Below, one piece after another: positions 36,501 to 46,520 of a DNA stretch of 46,520 bases (position 1 is its first letter; each line of letters opens with the position of its first letter). Source of the DNA: Paraphysomonas bandaiensis (lineage: Eukaryota > Protista > Chrysophyceae); contig CBFFRP010000590.1 of assembly GCA_965644295.1 (NCBI GenBank), positions 1-46,520 on the forward strand, in the 5' to 3' direction. The notes beneath the pieces were generated by a model. It did no database searches. It saw nothing but the letters and a program-made list of their open reading frames with translations, and was not told the DNA's origin. The position numbers and the translations under genes are program-made.

Positions 36501-38320
36501 TGTGTGCCAAGTGAGAATAGTGGTACTGTACATGCTGAGTCAAGGGAGACCAGTGGTAAACGTACGCGAATCCGAAGGGTGTTGACTAATGTGTCCACCC
36601 TGGGTGAGGTAAACCTTCTCCATGATGAGGAGATTGTTAACTTGTGTGATGAGAGTGATTGCGCACTTATGTCTAACTCGTCTACTTATAGAGAGCCTGA
36701 GACGTATGAAGAGTCATTGACATGTCCTGAAGCTTCAAATTGGAAGGAAGCTAGACGATTAGAACGGAATGCATTATTCAAGCGGGAAGTGTTTAATGTC
36801 GTTGAGACGCCACCTGGTGTTAGACCTCTAAAGTCCAGATATGTGTTCAAACGAAAATACAATAAAGATGGATCAATAAAAAAGCATAAAGCTCGTCTGG
36901 TCGCTCTGGGATATGGTCAAAGGACAGGTATAGACGTCGAAAATACATTTGCTCCTGTGGTGAAATCGATTACGGTTAGACTAATCATTGCCCTTGCTTT
37001 CATGTTTAGTATGCACATCCATCAACTTGACGTGTCGAATGCATTCTGTTATGCTAAAATCGAAGGAGACGTGTACATGGACCCTCCTCCCGATTTTCAG
37101 TTGCCACCAGGACACTGTTTCAAACTATATCGCTCACTATATGGCCTTCGGAGTTCTCCACGTTCATGGTGGAAGACCATACATGGATTTATAAAGTCTT
37201 TGGGATTCAAACCCTGCATTTTAGAACCATGTCTATATTATATGATGTACAAAGGTCATCGTGTGTACTTAACCATATACGTTGATGATATAGTAATCGC
37301 TTGTGCGGATCTGACTATTTTGACAGAAATCAAGAAACGGTTTTGTGAAAGATTTGACATGTCAGACATGGGAGAATTAGAGCATTTTCTCAACGTTCGA
37401 GTTACAAGGACCAAGAATTATATTCAACTTGACCAATCGACATACGCTGAAAAAATTCTCACCAAATATGCAGCATTCCTTGGACCTTCAAACAAAGTTC
37501 GCAAATCCCCACTACCTGTAGATGCCATGGACAGGATTAATTGCACTGATAGTGAGAACTCATCTCAGGAGGAAGAGGGAGTCGACAATTATCCCTATCG
37601 TAGCTTACTAGGTGCCATGCTATATCTATCAATGAATACGCGTCCAGATATTGCGTATGCTGTTGGCCTATTGTCACGATATGCTTCGAAACCAACAAAG
37701 GCTACATGCAAGTTGATGACTTATTTGTTACAATACATCAGGGGTACTGTGCGGAAAGGTATTCGGTTCAGTGGTAAGAGCTTTGACATGCATATTTTCA
37801 CAGACGCTGACTGGGCAGGCGATACTGTGTCACGAAGGTCGACAACTGGATACATTGTGTTTGCAGCAGGTGGACCACTCACCTGGCAATCAATCTTACA
37901 AGTTACTGTGTCTACGTCTTCAATGCAGAGTGAGTACCAAGCTATGTACGCTGGCATGCAAGAACTGGTGTGGCTTCGGGGGTGTTGGCCGAATTGGGAC
38001 TTCGACTGTACGAACCCACTCCATTTTTTTTAGATAGCCAGAGTGCTCGTGATCTAGCATTAAATCCAGTGTTCCACAAAAGATCAAAACACATTGAAAT
38101 CAAATACCACTGGGTGCGTGAACATGTAGATCCAGAAGGACGTTTTAACACTGCGATATTGTATCACGTTGGAACTGATAACCAGACTGCAGACATATTT
38201 ACGAAATCTTTGTGTGGCGTTATATACGAGAAGCATAGAAAGAGATGTCTAGGAGAAGATCAGAAGTCATCTGTGGATGTCATCAGAGAGAATTCATACA
38301 AACGAAACAGAGGCTCATAA
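33559..38320 (+). CDS. Copia Gag-Pol polyprotein with two apparent single-G deletions
   Basis: Two CCHC knuckles, protease YLDSCAS, integrase HKRCGH..CKAC / SVD / HSDGG / EMNGVSER, RT LDVSNAF and YVDD, RNase H FTDADWAG...ADIFTK. Frame breaks at G runs 35554-35559 and 37978-37982. Confidence 0.95.
33575..33584 (+). promoter_or_regulatory. Primer binding site, initiator tRNA-Met type
   Basis: TGGTAGCAGA directly after the LTR is complementary to a ...UCUGCUACCA tRNA 3' end. Confidence 0.8.
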
Positions 38321-38447
38321 ACGTGTTGTCTACGGAGAGGCTAGCTGAAACGTCGGAGCCATACGTCCACCGGTTTGTCCTATACGGTTTCGGTGGTTGC
38401 GTATCCGTCAGTTATGCCATGTGTTACAGCTTTGAATTGAGAGGGAG

Positions 38448-38767
38448 TGTTGAGTTTTGCTGTTTGTGAGCAATTAAAAGCTGTAGTTTCCAAGATATTA
38501 GAATTATATCCGTTACTCAAAGAATACAGTAGTAGCTAGCTGTAGTATGAGAACCAATAATATGATAGCCATTGTAGTGATAAAACTGAAATATACTGAC
38601 TGTACAAGATAGTGACGATGTAAGATCGTACTAGAAATGGTTGGTGTAGTAGAGATAGAAAGAGTTGGTGAACGTCAATGAATGAAGTATGGTATCTCTT
38701 ATAATTATATAATATTCCATATAAGTGTTAACAAAGGTCTTATTACTAAAAATGTCTATTTCTAACA
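38448..38767 (+). repeat. Copia 3' LTR
   Basis: Identical by eye to the 5' LTR; followed by ATTTC. Confidence 0.97.
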
Positions 38768-39147
38768 ATTTCGAATTAATTATATCGATAACCAGCCCAT
38801 GGGATACTCAATATTCAGCAATTCATTCAATTAAGATGTTTTTTCTATATATATTACAGAATTTTATTCAACCCTACTCATTTTATTAGGCCTTACATGA
38901 TCACCAGATCCATGCAGCCATGCAGTATGCTCTATAGATAGTTCTACTTATCACAAATTCATTTGCACATACAACTATGATATTAATTTAGTTCTGACAA
39001 AAGAGTAGTCACAAGGAACAATTCATATGTATTTTACCTTAATATCCACACAGAAATCTCATTTACGATGCTATATATTACGTTATACTGTTCAATTTCT
39101 TGCACTATCATTTTAACATACAATAAATACGATATCCCGATTACTAC

Positions 39148-39707
39148 TCATCCATTGACCTTACCAGGCATGGCAGAATTAAATTTCTTAATAATATTCT
39201 TAGCTCTATTTTGAAAGTTAATAGACGTCAACGGATGTCCCAGCTGCTGAAATGGATTTTGAATTGCAGCAACATAAGCATCATGAAACTGGCGCATGGG
39301 CTGTATGAAATGTTAATATCACTCAAATTACGGAATAAAAACTCACCTCTTTTAAATCCATTTCGAGTGTAGATGAATTACATACAGCTATTATCTTCAT
39401 CATTGTGTTCGTGCAATATCCAAATCTGATATACGTGTGTATATATGTAACACAGTTATATAACAAACACCTATAGAATACACTGTACTCACACTCGATA
39501 GTCCTCCACTGCATACAACTGACCGAAATACATATCAGATGAAGGAGAAGTAGCGGGTGTCTTCTTGGCCCGCTTCTCTTCTATGATATCCAGAGCACAG
39601 TGAACGATACTGTGCAGCTGCAGAGACTCCGAGTCATCAGAGTCAGTTGTGTGGACGAACATCGGCTCATTTGTTTTACCGACAAAAGCGAGACAGACCA
39701 CTGGCAT
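39148..39707 (-). CDS. TRAPPC2L: TRAPP complex sedlin-family subunit (TRAPPC2L-like), ~148 aa
   Basis: VCLAFVGKTNEPMF...LHSIVHCALDIIEEK...DMYFGQLYAVEDYRVFGYCTNT..KII...FHDAYV....NPF. Introns 39426-39492 and 39301-39346. Confidence 0.85.
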
Positions 39708-39773
39708 TTTATCGATACGTATATATATAAAGACCACCAACAACTAACAAACACTATGACCAAAACAACTAAC

Positions 39774-40206
39774 CATACATACATACATACATACATACAT
39801 ACATACATACATACATACATACATACATACATACATACATACATACATACATACATACATACATACATACATACATACATACATACATACATACATACAT
39901 ACATACATACATACATACATACATACATACATACATACATACATACATACATACATACATACATACATACATACATACATACATACATACATACATACAT
40001 ACATACATACATACATACACACATACATACATACATACATACATACATACATACATACATACATACATACATACATACATACATACATACATACATACAT
40101 ACATACATACATACATACATACATACATACATACATACATACATACATACATACATACATACATACATACATACATACATGCATACATACATACATACAT
40201 ACATAC
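39774..40206. repeat. (CATA)n / (TATG)n microsatellite, ~430 bp
   Basis: Near-perfect tetranucleotide array with two variant units (near 40020 and 40181). Confidence 0.99.
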
Positions 40207-40413
40207 TGTAGCTGGCCGACACTAAGAGAATGTAGACTAGGAATATATGGTTATTATGCATATAAGAATCATGTATGTATAGACTGGCATGAAGCAACTG
40301 CCTATCGCTATATCACGATCCTGAAGGGATGTGCCCAAAGCAATCCCTGAAGGAGAGTGATCGCAAATCTAAAAACCTAAGGTTTTCCCAAAAGGCAGGG
40401 GTTTCATGCCACA
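40207..40413 (-). repeat. Gypsy 3' LTR (~207 bp)
   Basis: TG...CA ends; matches 46322-46520 with several small indels; adjacent PPT. Confidence 0.88.
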
Positions 40414-40605
40414 CTACCCCTTCCCTCCTTTTTTTTTGAAAAAAAACCTGGCATTTAGCCTACGAAAACTACTACTCCTAAAAAAAATCACCACTACTAC
40501 CCTACATCTCACTCCAAGCATTATTCTGACTTACGAGAACCTTATCATAGGTGTCCACTACATGGACAGAGCGGATTTTAACCGTCAAAACTCATAATCC
40601 CTAAA

Positions 40606-43600
40606 CTAACTCGACGAGCCCTCCTCCTCAGACTGGGCCTCTTCTTCCGTCGAATCAACTGACCTGGAGCGCTTCTTTCCCCTCTTGGGTAATAGGGCCC
40701 GAACAAGATAGTTAGAGTGGGACCTCAGGTATCTTAGCAATGCCTCTGAACCTCGCACTGTCTTCCAAGACTCCCAAGTCGGTACACTATAATTAGACCA
40801 AAACACCTCAAAGTATAAGTCAAATCGTGACCCTTTAACATCCCCTCGCATGTTCGTTATTTTCTCCATCACAAACTCGGCGCCCTCTGTGTCATCCCGT
40901 AACGCAATCTGCACCGGGTCTTCCACCCTCGGATCATAACAGAACGGACGTAACTTCGAGATATGATGCTTCGTCGTGCCTCTGGTCAAAAGACTCTGCA
41001 CTGTATAAATTCCACCATCTATTGCCACCACCTTCATGGGGCCTTTTAAATAGGGTAATAACTTGCTCGGAGGACCCTTCCTCAACGAGTTATGGCGATA
41101 TTCCACTAGCACCAAAGCCCCTACCGGATATGAGGATATACCCTCCGGCATATTAGACTCAATATGATGCTGGTCTCGGATACGCAAATTCTGTTGTGCA
41201 TACGCCCTAACCTTATCCTGAGCGACAAGTCTGTCTGCCACCCATTGTGATAAATCTCGACTCTCCCGAGATGATAAATTCTTTCTATCCAAAATGAAGC
41301 CCGCATCCAGATTTATGGCTTTACCATACACCAGTTCTGCTGGGGCCACCCCAGTTGATCCATGTACAGACGCATTCAAGATGCGCTGCACCATTGGTAA
41401 TACATCAGACCACCACTTTAAAGCAACTCGCTCGAAAATGATGTTCCGCAAATGTCGAAGAATCTCTTTATTCTCCCTCTCGACCATGCCATTTTCCTCC
41501 TTCGAGTACTCGATTGTAAAAGAGTGGTTGACACCCAACAAAGCAGTTATCTCACGAATGATATCCGCAATAAACGCCTTGCCCTTATCCGAGGTAAGTT
41601 TACAAATCGAGCACATCGAAAATCTACCAAAATATTGAATCAACGCTCGGGCTGTATCTTTCGCCGATATGCCTTTCGTGGGGAATAACTCAACCCACCT
41701 CGCGAAGGCATCAATCAGCACTAATATACTCGTAAACCCATATTCATCCGGCATCAAGCCTTCAATATAATCCATATAAATACATTCTCCCATCGAGTAT
41801 TTCGACAGTGTAAATGGACGAACCCACACAGATGGTTTCAACGTTGACATTTTCTGACAACACACACATCTCTTAATAAAAGTTATTACATGCTGACGCA
41901 TGTTCCTCCAATTGTTGTTGCTCCCTCGCAACTTCCCCATGGTTCGTTCTACCCCATGGTGACCCACTACACTATTGTGACAGGTCTTAATAACTTTCCA
42001 GAAGCGACTCGGGATATGCTCACACTCTGTATCCTGCTCTACCTCAAGGCACTGCTCGAGTGAAGAACAGACATTTTCACCGATTTCATCGGATGCGTCC
42101 ACCCCACAAATTCGACTAAGAGCGTCAGCAATCACATCGAGTTCTCCTGCCAAATGTTCGAAGGTAACATCAAACGACTGAAAACACATAAACCAACGCT
42201 GTACACGCTTTAGATGACCGTATTCTTGCTTAAGCTGGCGTAAGTTGTCGTGATCCGTTCGAACAATAAAACGTCGATCTCTCAACAAGTATTCCCACTT
42301 ATTCAAGGCATAGAATATGGCAAATCCTTCCTGCTCACAGGTATGCCATTTTGCCAAGGTTGAGTCGAACGCCTTACTAATCATCCCAATCGTGCGCTCG
42401 TGACCCTCCACGATTTGCACTAAATGAGCTCCAATCCCTATTATTGATGCATCAGTATATAGATAGATGGGGGAAACATCATCCATAAAAAATAATAAAG
42501 GACACTCATGAATTCGCTCCTTGAGCGCATCGAATGCTCCCGTGGCCTCCTCTGACCAGTCTAGCACTCTTCGACGCGCCTGAGCCTTTGTATAATTCCC
42601 CAACATCGCATGCAAAGGTTTCGCTATAAGCGCATAATCGCGAACACAATCTCTTACAAAATTTGCCACTCCCATAAAATGCTTTAACTGCTTTTGGGTA
42701 TTTGGCTTCGGGATGGCTACAATACTATCCACCCGTTCCCTCGTGAAGGTATGACCCCACTCATTTATCTTATGGCCAACGGCCTCTACTTCCGACACCC
42801 CAAAGACACACTTCTTAGGATTCACTGTCAGACCAAATTTCTTAAACCTTGCCAATACGGCAGTTAAGTTCTCAATGAGCTCTTCCTCTGAGCTAGCAAA
42901 AATAATGCAATCATCAAGATAAATTTCACAAATCTTATAAACCAGACCCGCCAGCACTAGACTTTGCATTTGCCGCTGGAAATAAGATGGAGCGCCTTTC
43001 AAACCCATGGGGAGCCGGAGCCACTCGTACACCCCGTTTTGAGTAATAAAAGCAATCCAAGTACGGGATCGTTTGCCCACTGGCGCCTGATGATATCCAG
43101 ACGTGAGGTCCATCACAACAAAGAATTTAGGACGCTTCTCACCAATCCTATATATCATATCTCTTATATTAGGAATTGGCCAGCTTTCGGAAGTCGTGAC
43201 CCGATTCAAATTTTTATAGTCCAATACCAACCGCCATTTATTACCTGGCTTCGGCACCACAAAGGGATGACTGTAATGCGTGGCTGTGCTAGGTTGGATT
43301 GCTCCTAACCTCTCTAGCTTATCCACCAAACGTTGGAGCTCGCGCTGGCGACTCCTGTCTAACCTCCTGGGAGGCAACTTATTTGCCGGTATAAACCACG
43401 TTTCAGACGGGTTCCGGACTTCCAACTCAAACGGCTCCAGCTTGGCTGGTTCCCCCTTACGAATTTCTAGTCGGAATATCTCCTTGTATTCCTCCAGGAC
43501 ATCCCGGATACGACTCTGTAAACTCGGGGAACCAAATATCTTATCTGGAAGCACTTGCGGATCCTTTTCCGCACTTAAATAATCAGAATCAATAGATTCC

Positions 43601-43827
43601 AATTGATCATCGCGAATTTCCTTCATATTCTCTCGGTCCCATGCGGACCTGGTTGAGAAGTTAGAAGGGTCCTCGACCCCCAGAGAGAGCAACTGCTCGT
43701 CCACTGGGTATGACCAATCTTCGCCACTGTCACTGATACCTATCTCGAGTGGAGCTAACTCGCTCTTCACCCCAAGATCATAATTCTTGCGTAGCGGTAG
43801 ACGAACGCTGGCTCGTTCCCCCCACAA
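40606..43827 (-). CDS. Gypsy Pol: RT, RNase H, integrase, chromodomain
   Basis: WRLVLDY, DLTSGYHQ, LPMGL, YLDD, YTDAS, H..VGHHG..CVCC, ENGMVERENK, GPMKV, FVMEKI...YFEVFWSNYSVPTWES. Confidence 0.95.
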   Translation of the reverse strand: MWGERASVRLPLRKNYDLGVKSELAPLEIGISDSGEDWSYPVDEQLLSLGVEDPSNFSTRSAWDRENMKEIRDDQLESIDSDYLSAEKDPQVLPDKIFGSPSLQSRIRDVLEEYKEIFRLEIRKGEPAKLEPFELEVRNPSETWFIPANKLPPRRLDRSRQRELQRLVDKLERLGAIQPSTATHYSHPFVVPKPGNKWRLVLDYKNLNRVTTSESWPIPNIRDMIYRIGEKRPKFFVVMDLTSGYHQAPVGKRSRTWIAFITQNGVYEWLRLPMGLKGAPSYFQRQMQSLVLAGLVYKICEIYLDDCIIFASSEEELIENLTAVLARFKKFGLTVNPKKCVFGVSEVEAVGHKINEWGHTFTRERVDSIVAIPKPNTQKQLKHFMGVANFVRDCVRDYALIAKPLHAMLGNYTKAQARRRVLDWSEEATGAFDALKERIHECPLLFFMDDVSPIYLYTDASIIGIGAHLVQIVEGHERTIGMISKAFDSTLAKWHTCEQEGFAIFYALNKWEYLLRDRRFIVRTDHDNLRQLKQEYGHLKRVQRWFMCFQSFDVTFEHLAGELDVIADALSRICGVDASDEIGENVCSSLEQCLEVEQDTECEHIPSRFWKVIKTCHNSVVGHHGVERTMGKLRGSNNNWRNMRQHVITFIKRCVCCQKMSTLKPSVWVRPFTLSKYSMGECIYMDYIEGLMPDEYGFTSILVLIDAFARWVELFPTKGISAKDTARALIQYFGRFSMCSICKLTSDKGKAFIADIIREITALLGVNHSFTIEYSKEENGMVERENKEILRHLRNIIFERVALKWWSDVLPMVQRILNASVHGSTGVAPAELVYGKAINLDAGFILDRKNLSSRESRDLSQWVADRLVAQDKVRAYAQQNLRIRDQHHIESNMPEGISSYPVGALVLVEYRHNSLRKGPPSKLLPYLKGPMKVVAIDGGIYTVQSLLTRGTTKHHISKLRPFCYDPRVEDPVQIALRDDTEGAEFVMEKITNMRGDVKGSRFDLYFEVFWSNYSVPTWESWKTVRGSEALLRYLRSHSNYLVRALLPKRGKKRSRSVDSTEEEAQSEEEGSSS

Positions 43828-46300
43828 GGGTAAGACGCGTGCACGCCCAGGCCAAGAGACACTGCTCCCCCAGACTGATCATCTCTCTCTCTCGCATGAG
43901 GGACTGCGCTGTTTCCCACTACGTTGGCTACCCGCCGAGCACTGTCTGCACTCATAAAAGCATTAGGGCAATGTACCACTAAATCTAGTTCTCGTACAGT
44001 TTGCACTCCTAATATAATGTCAAAATTTAAAATCTAATTCCCAAGCAGTTATTCTAGCTTGCAACCCCGGTGGCTCCTTTGCCTCCGTAAGGATTTTTAC
44101 ATCAAAGGGTACACCCCTTCTACACAATGCAATAGCAGACTTAAAGCCACCCGCAATATTCTTAATTACAGGTATTGGAACAGAATCACTCTCTATCAAC
44201 CACTGTACAACGTCTTTACTAATAAAGTTCGCCGACGCGCCAGTATCAAGCAGAGCCTTGCACATCCTTTCCTCCCCCTGTTCATTACAAACCATTACTT
44301 CTATAAATGGTAGTGATGACAACGACTTAAGTGCCATAATGGCCATGACATCAGCGTCTAATTCGCAGGACTCACCCTTAGAGTTTCTCCCATACGAACC
44401 GCTCTGCGTAATCGACCAACCCCCCGTTGGTAAGGTATGGTAACCCGTTCTCGCCAGAATATCCTTGGCCACCGCCGAGTCCCTCCATTTCACCTTTGGG
44501 TCATTATTTGCCCCTTTCGCTTGCGTAAGCGGGCAGGGTTTCTTTCCCCTATGCCATACCTCCAACCGCCCGCAAACATTACAACGCTCCGAATCTGCCA
44601 CTCTAGGCCAATCCGGCTCCTGAAATCTCTCCCTGGACTTCTTTCCTTTCCTCGCAACGTCATTTGACGCCCTCTGCGAGTTCTTGGGAGGAGAGCGAGA
44701 GCGATTGCGTTTCCCGTCCCTTTGGTCGGAACCCTTCCGCCCTCGCGTGTCAGTCTCGGAAAGGCTATCTGCTGCCTCCCGCGCCCAATGGCGAGTCACA
44801 AAGATATCGAAAGGCTTCACCAACTCCCAGGAGTCCCTAATCGAAGCCACGGCTTTGTGTACCGCTGACACATAGCCCAGAAGAGTGCGCTTATCCGCCG
44901 GCAAAATTTTCGAACACCGGCTGCACTTTCTCTGTGAAGAATCTCTTCCTTCTGGCTTGATCATCGTACGGGAGATCAATTCGAAGAGAACGCTTAAACT
45001 CTTCAATCCACGCTTTATTCTCCTCTGATAGTCCCTTGGCCACTCTCCTTCTCTAGCAGCAGCTTTAGGTCCCCACCCCACATTCTCACATCTTTCATGC
45101 TCTGTAGAGTGCGGGACTTCCGGGCCCACTCTCGGATACGCTGGAACGGCTCTACCACCTCTACGTGGCCTTGATCCTTTACTATCTTGCGTAAGAAACT
45201 GAAAAAGTCCTCCGCCGAAAGCACCTCAGGATCCCTCCAATCACCCGCCTTTCCATTTACGTCATCCCGTAAAAAAGTCCAACATTGCCGCCGTCCTAGC
45301 CGAAATTAGAGATCTGTCCACTTGCCTCCCTCCACTCTTCGAGGGAGTACTGACGAGACTTCTCAATGTAGCTCTCGACTGCTTCCTCGCTCAGAGAGCT
45401 CAGTAGAGGTACATCATTGGACGTGACAAGTAGGGTACTGCTGGAGGAACTTGAATCCCCCCAGTCCCGACGGACCCCGCTGCAACGGTGGAGGCTCCCG
45501 CGCACTCCATTCTCCCTGTTGCTGCGTGCCGATTAATGCCGACAACTGCTCAATTTGCCGTTGCATGGCTGCTATAACGCTGTCGGACTCCCTCTCCGAC
45601 TTGCTATATCGACGCGACTTCTCTCTGCCGAGTCAACCGAATGCCGCGACCTTTTATATTCTCGGCTCCTCGGCCGGTACCCCTTCCCCTGTGGGACCGT
45701 CCTCGCCTAGGCCTACTGCACAGAGCGATCGCGAGGCCGAGATCTCTCCACTTGATCTTTGCCGACCTCTCTCCGACTCATAGGAGACTCTCGTTCACCT
45801 GTCGAGAACTTCCCCAATCGCAAGACTCCTCGCTCCGAGCTTCGCTTGGAAGCTTCCTTTTCCTTCCTCTCGCACACTCCTCAACAAACTCCCCTGCTTT
45901 CTCTGCGCTGCCAGGGCGCTTCACCTCTCGCTTGCGTCGCTTACGACTGTTTTCCTCCCACATGCTAGCTAGCGCCTTCTCATTTCTCGTCCTTTGGGGT
46001 CTCTTCCAGAGCTACTCCCCGACAGAACGAGCTCCTCTGTATCGACTCTCCCTTCAACAGATAGAGCTGACGAAACTTCCTCTGCACCAGAATCCTCCTC
46101 TGGTCACCACTGGACTCTCTTCCTCCCATAGGAACCATATCCTGCTCCTCGCAGAGCTCATCCCCTACATCACTGGAAGTTCTCGGTCAGGCCTCTGCCT
46201 CCTCCGCTTCCCTATTTCCAGAGAGTCTGTTCCACTGGAGCCCCTCCCTTACTTTTTTCTACAACGCGTCTAGACTTTCTACACTCTCTTTGACATCAGT
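43828..46300 (-). pseudogene. Gypsy gag plus aspartic protease region, broken by several frameshifts
   Basis: CNVCGRLEVWHRGKKPC knuckle-like motif, ALLDTGAS, and DIILG reached after a T-run frameshift at ~44022. Upstream gag is in fragments (45015-45224, 45296-45505, 45778-45963). Confidence 0.8.
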
Positions 46301-46321
46301 TACTTTCTAGACCATCGATAT

Positions 46322-46520
46322 TGTAGCTGGCCGACACTAAGAGAATGTAGACTAGGAATATAGGTTATTATGCATATAAGAATCATGTATGTATAGACTG
46401 GCATGAAGCAACTGCCTATCCTTCTTATCCACGATCACTGAAGGGATGTGCCAAAGCAATCCCTGAAGGGAGAGTAGTCGCAAATCTAAAAACCTGGAGT
46501 TTTCCCAAAAGGCAGGGGTT
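46322..46520 (-). repeat. Gypsy 5' LTR (partial)
   Basis: Repeat of 40207-~40403. Confidence 0.9.

Larger units (their letters stand above)
33255..38767 (+). mobile_element. Full-length Ty1/copia LTR retrotransposon
   Basis: 320-bp TG...CA LTRs (33255-33574, 38448-38767), ATTTC TSD on both sides, PBS tggtagcaga at 33575, PPT gagagggag before the 3' LTR, domain order gag-PR-IN-RT-RH. Confidence 0.98.
40207..46520 (-). mobile_element. Ty3/gypsy LTR retrotransposon with C-terminal chromodomain; 5' LTR cut by the window end
   Basis: LTR copies at 40207-40413 and 46322->46520, PPT (ggagggaaggggtag on minus) next to 40413, domain order gag-PR-RT-RH-IN-chromo. Confidence 0.95.

Noticed and set aside
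39774-40206. Possible telomere or CRISPR-like array
   Set aside because: Simple internal tetranucleotide repeat with no spacers and no G-rich telomeric unit.
39581-40297. ORFs of MYVC/HTYI repeats
   Set aside because: Translations of the (CATA)n microsatellite, which has no stop codons in any frame.
45641-46273. 210-aa plus-strand ORF in the gypsy element
   Set aside because: Antisense to purine-rich gag sequence; L/S/P-rich with no motifs.

Overview
Eukaryotic nuclear DNA with short (~46-67 nt) GT-AG introns, from an organism that probably has cilia/flagella (it carries the IFT dynein heavy chain); a protist such as a stramenopile is plausible but cannot be proven here. Six host genes can be reconstructed: a PIP kinase, a bacterial-type M14 peptidase, DRG1 GTPase, an EamA/DMT transporter, dynein-2 heavy chain and a TRAPPC2L/sedlin-like gene. 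They are interleaved with mobile DNA: a very young Ty1/copia element (identical 320-bp LTRs, ATTTC TSD), a chromodomain Ty3/gypsy element abutting a ~430-bp (CATA)n array, several MITE-like inverted repeats and a decayed LINE 3' fragment. The most unusual element is at 1-5250 (minus strand). It looks like a non-LTR retrotransposon whose polyprotein carries an OTU-like cysteine protease, a basic VNYxE motif and a compact SET methyltransferase domain directly upstream of an APE endonuclease. The SET C-terminus and the APE lie in a frame that runs off the window edge and is missing from the ORF track. All domain calls are by-eye motif recognition, not database searches.
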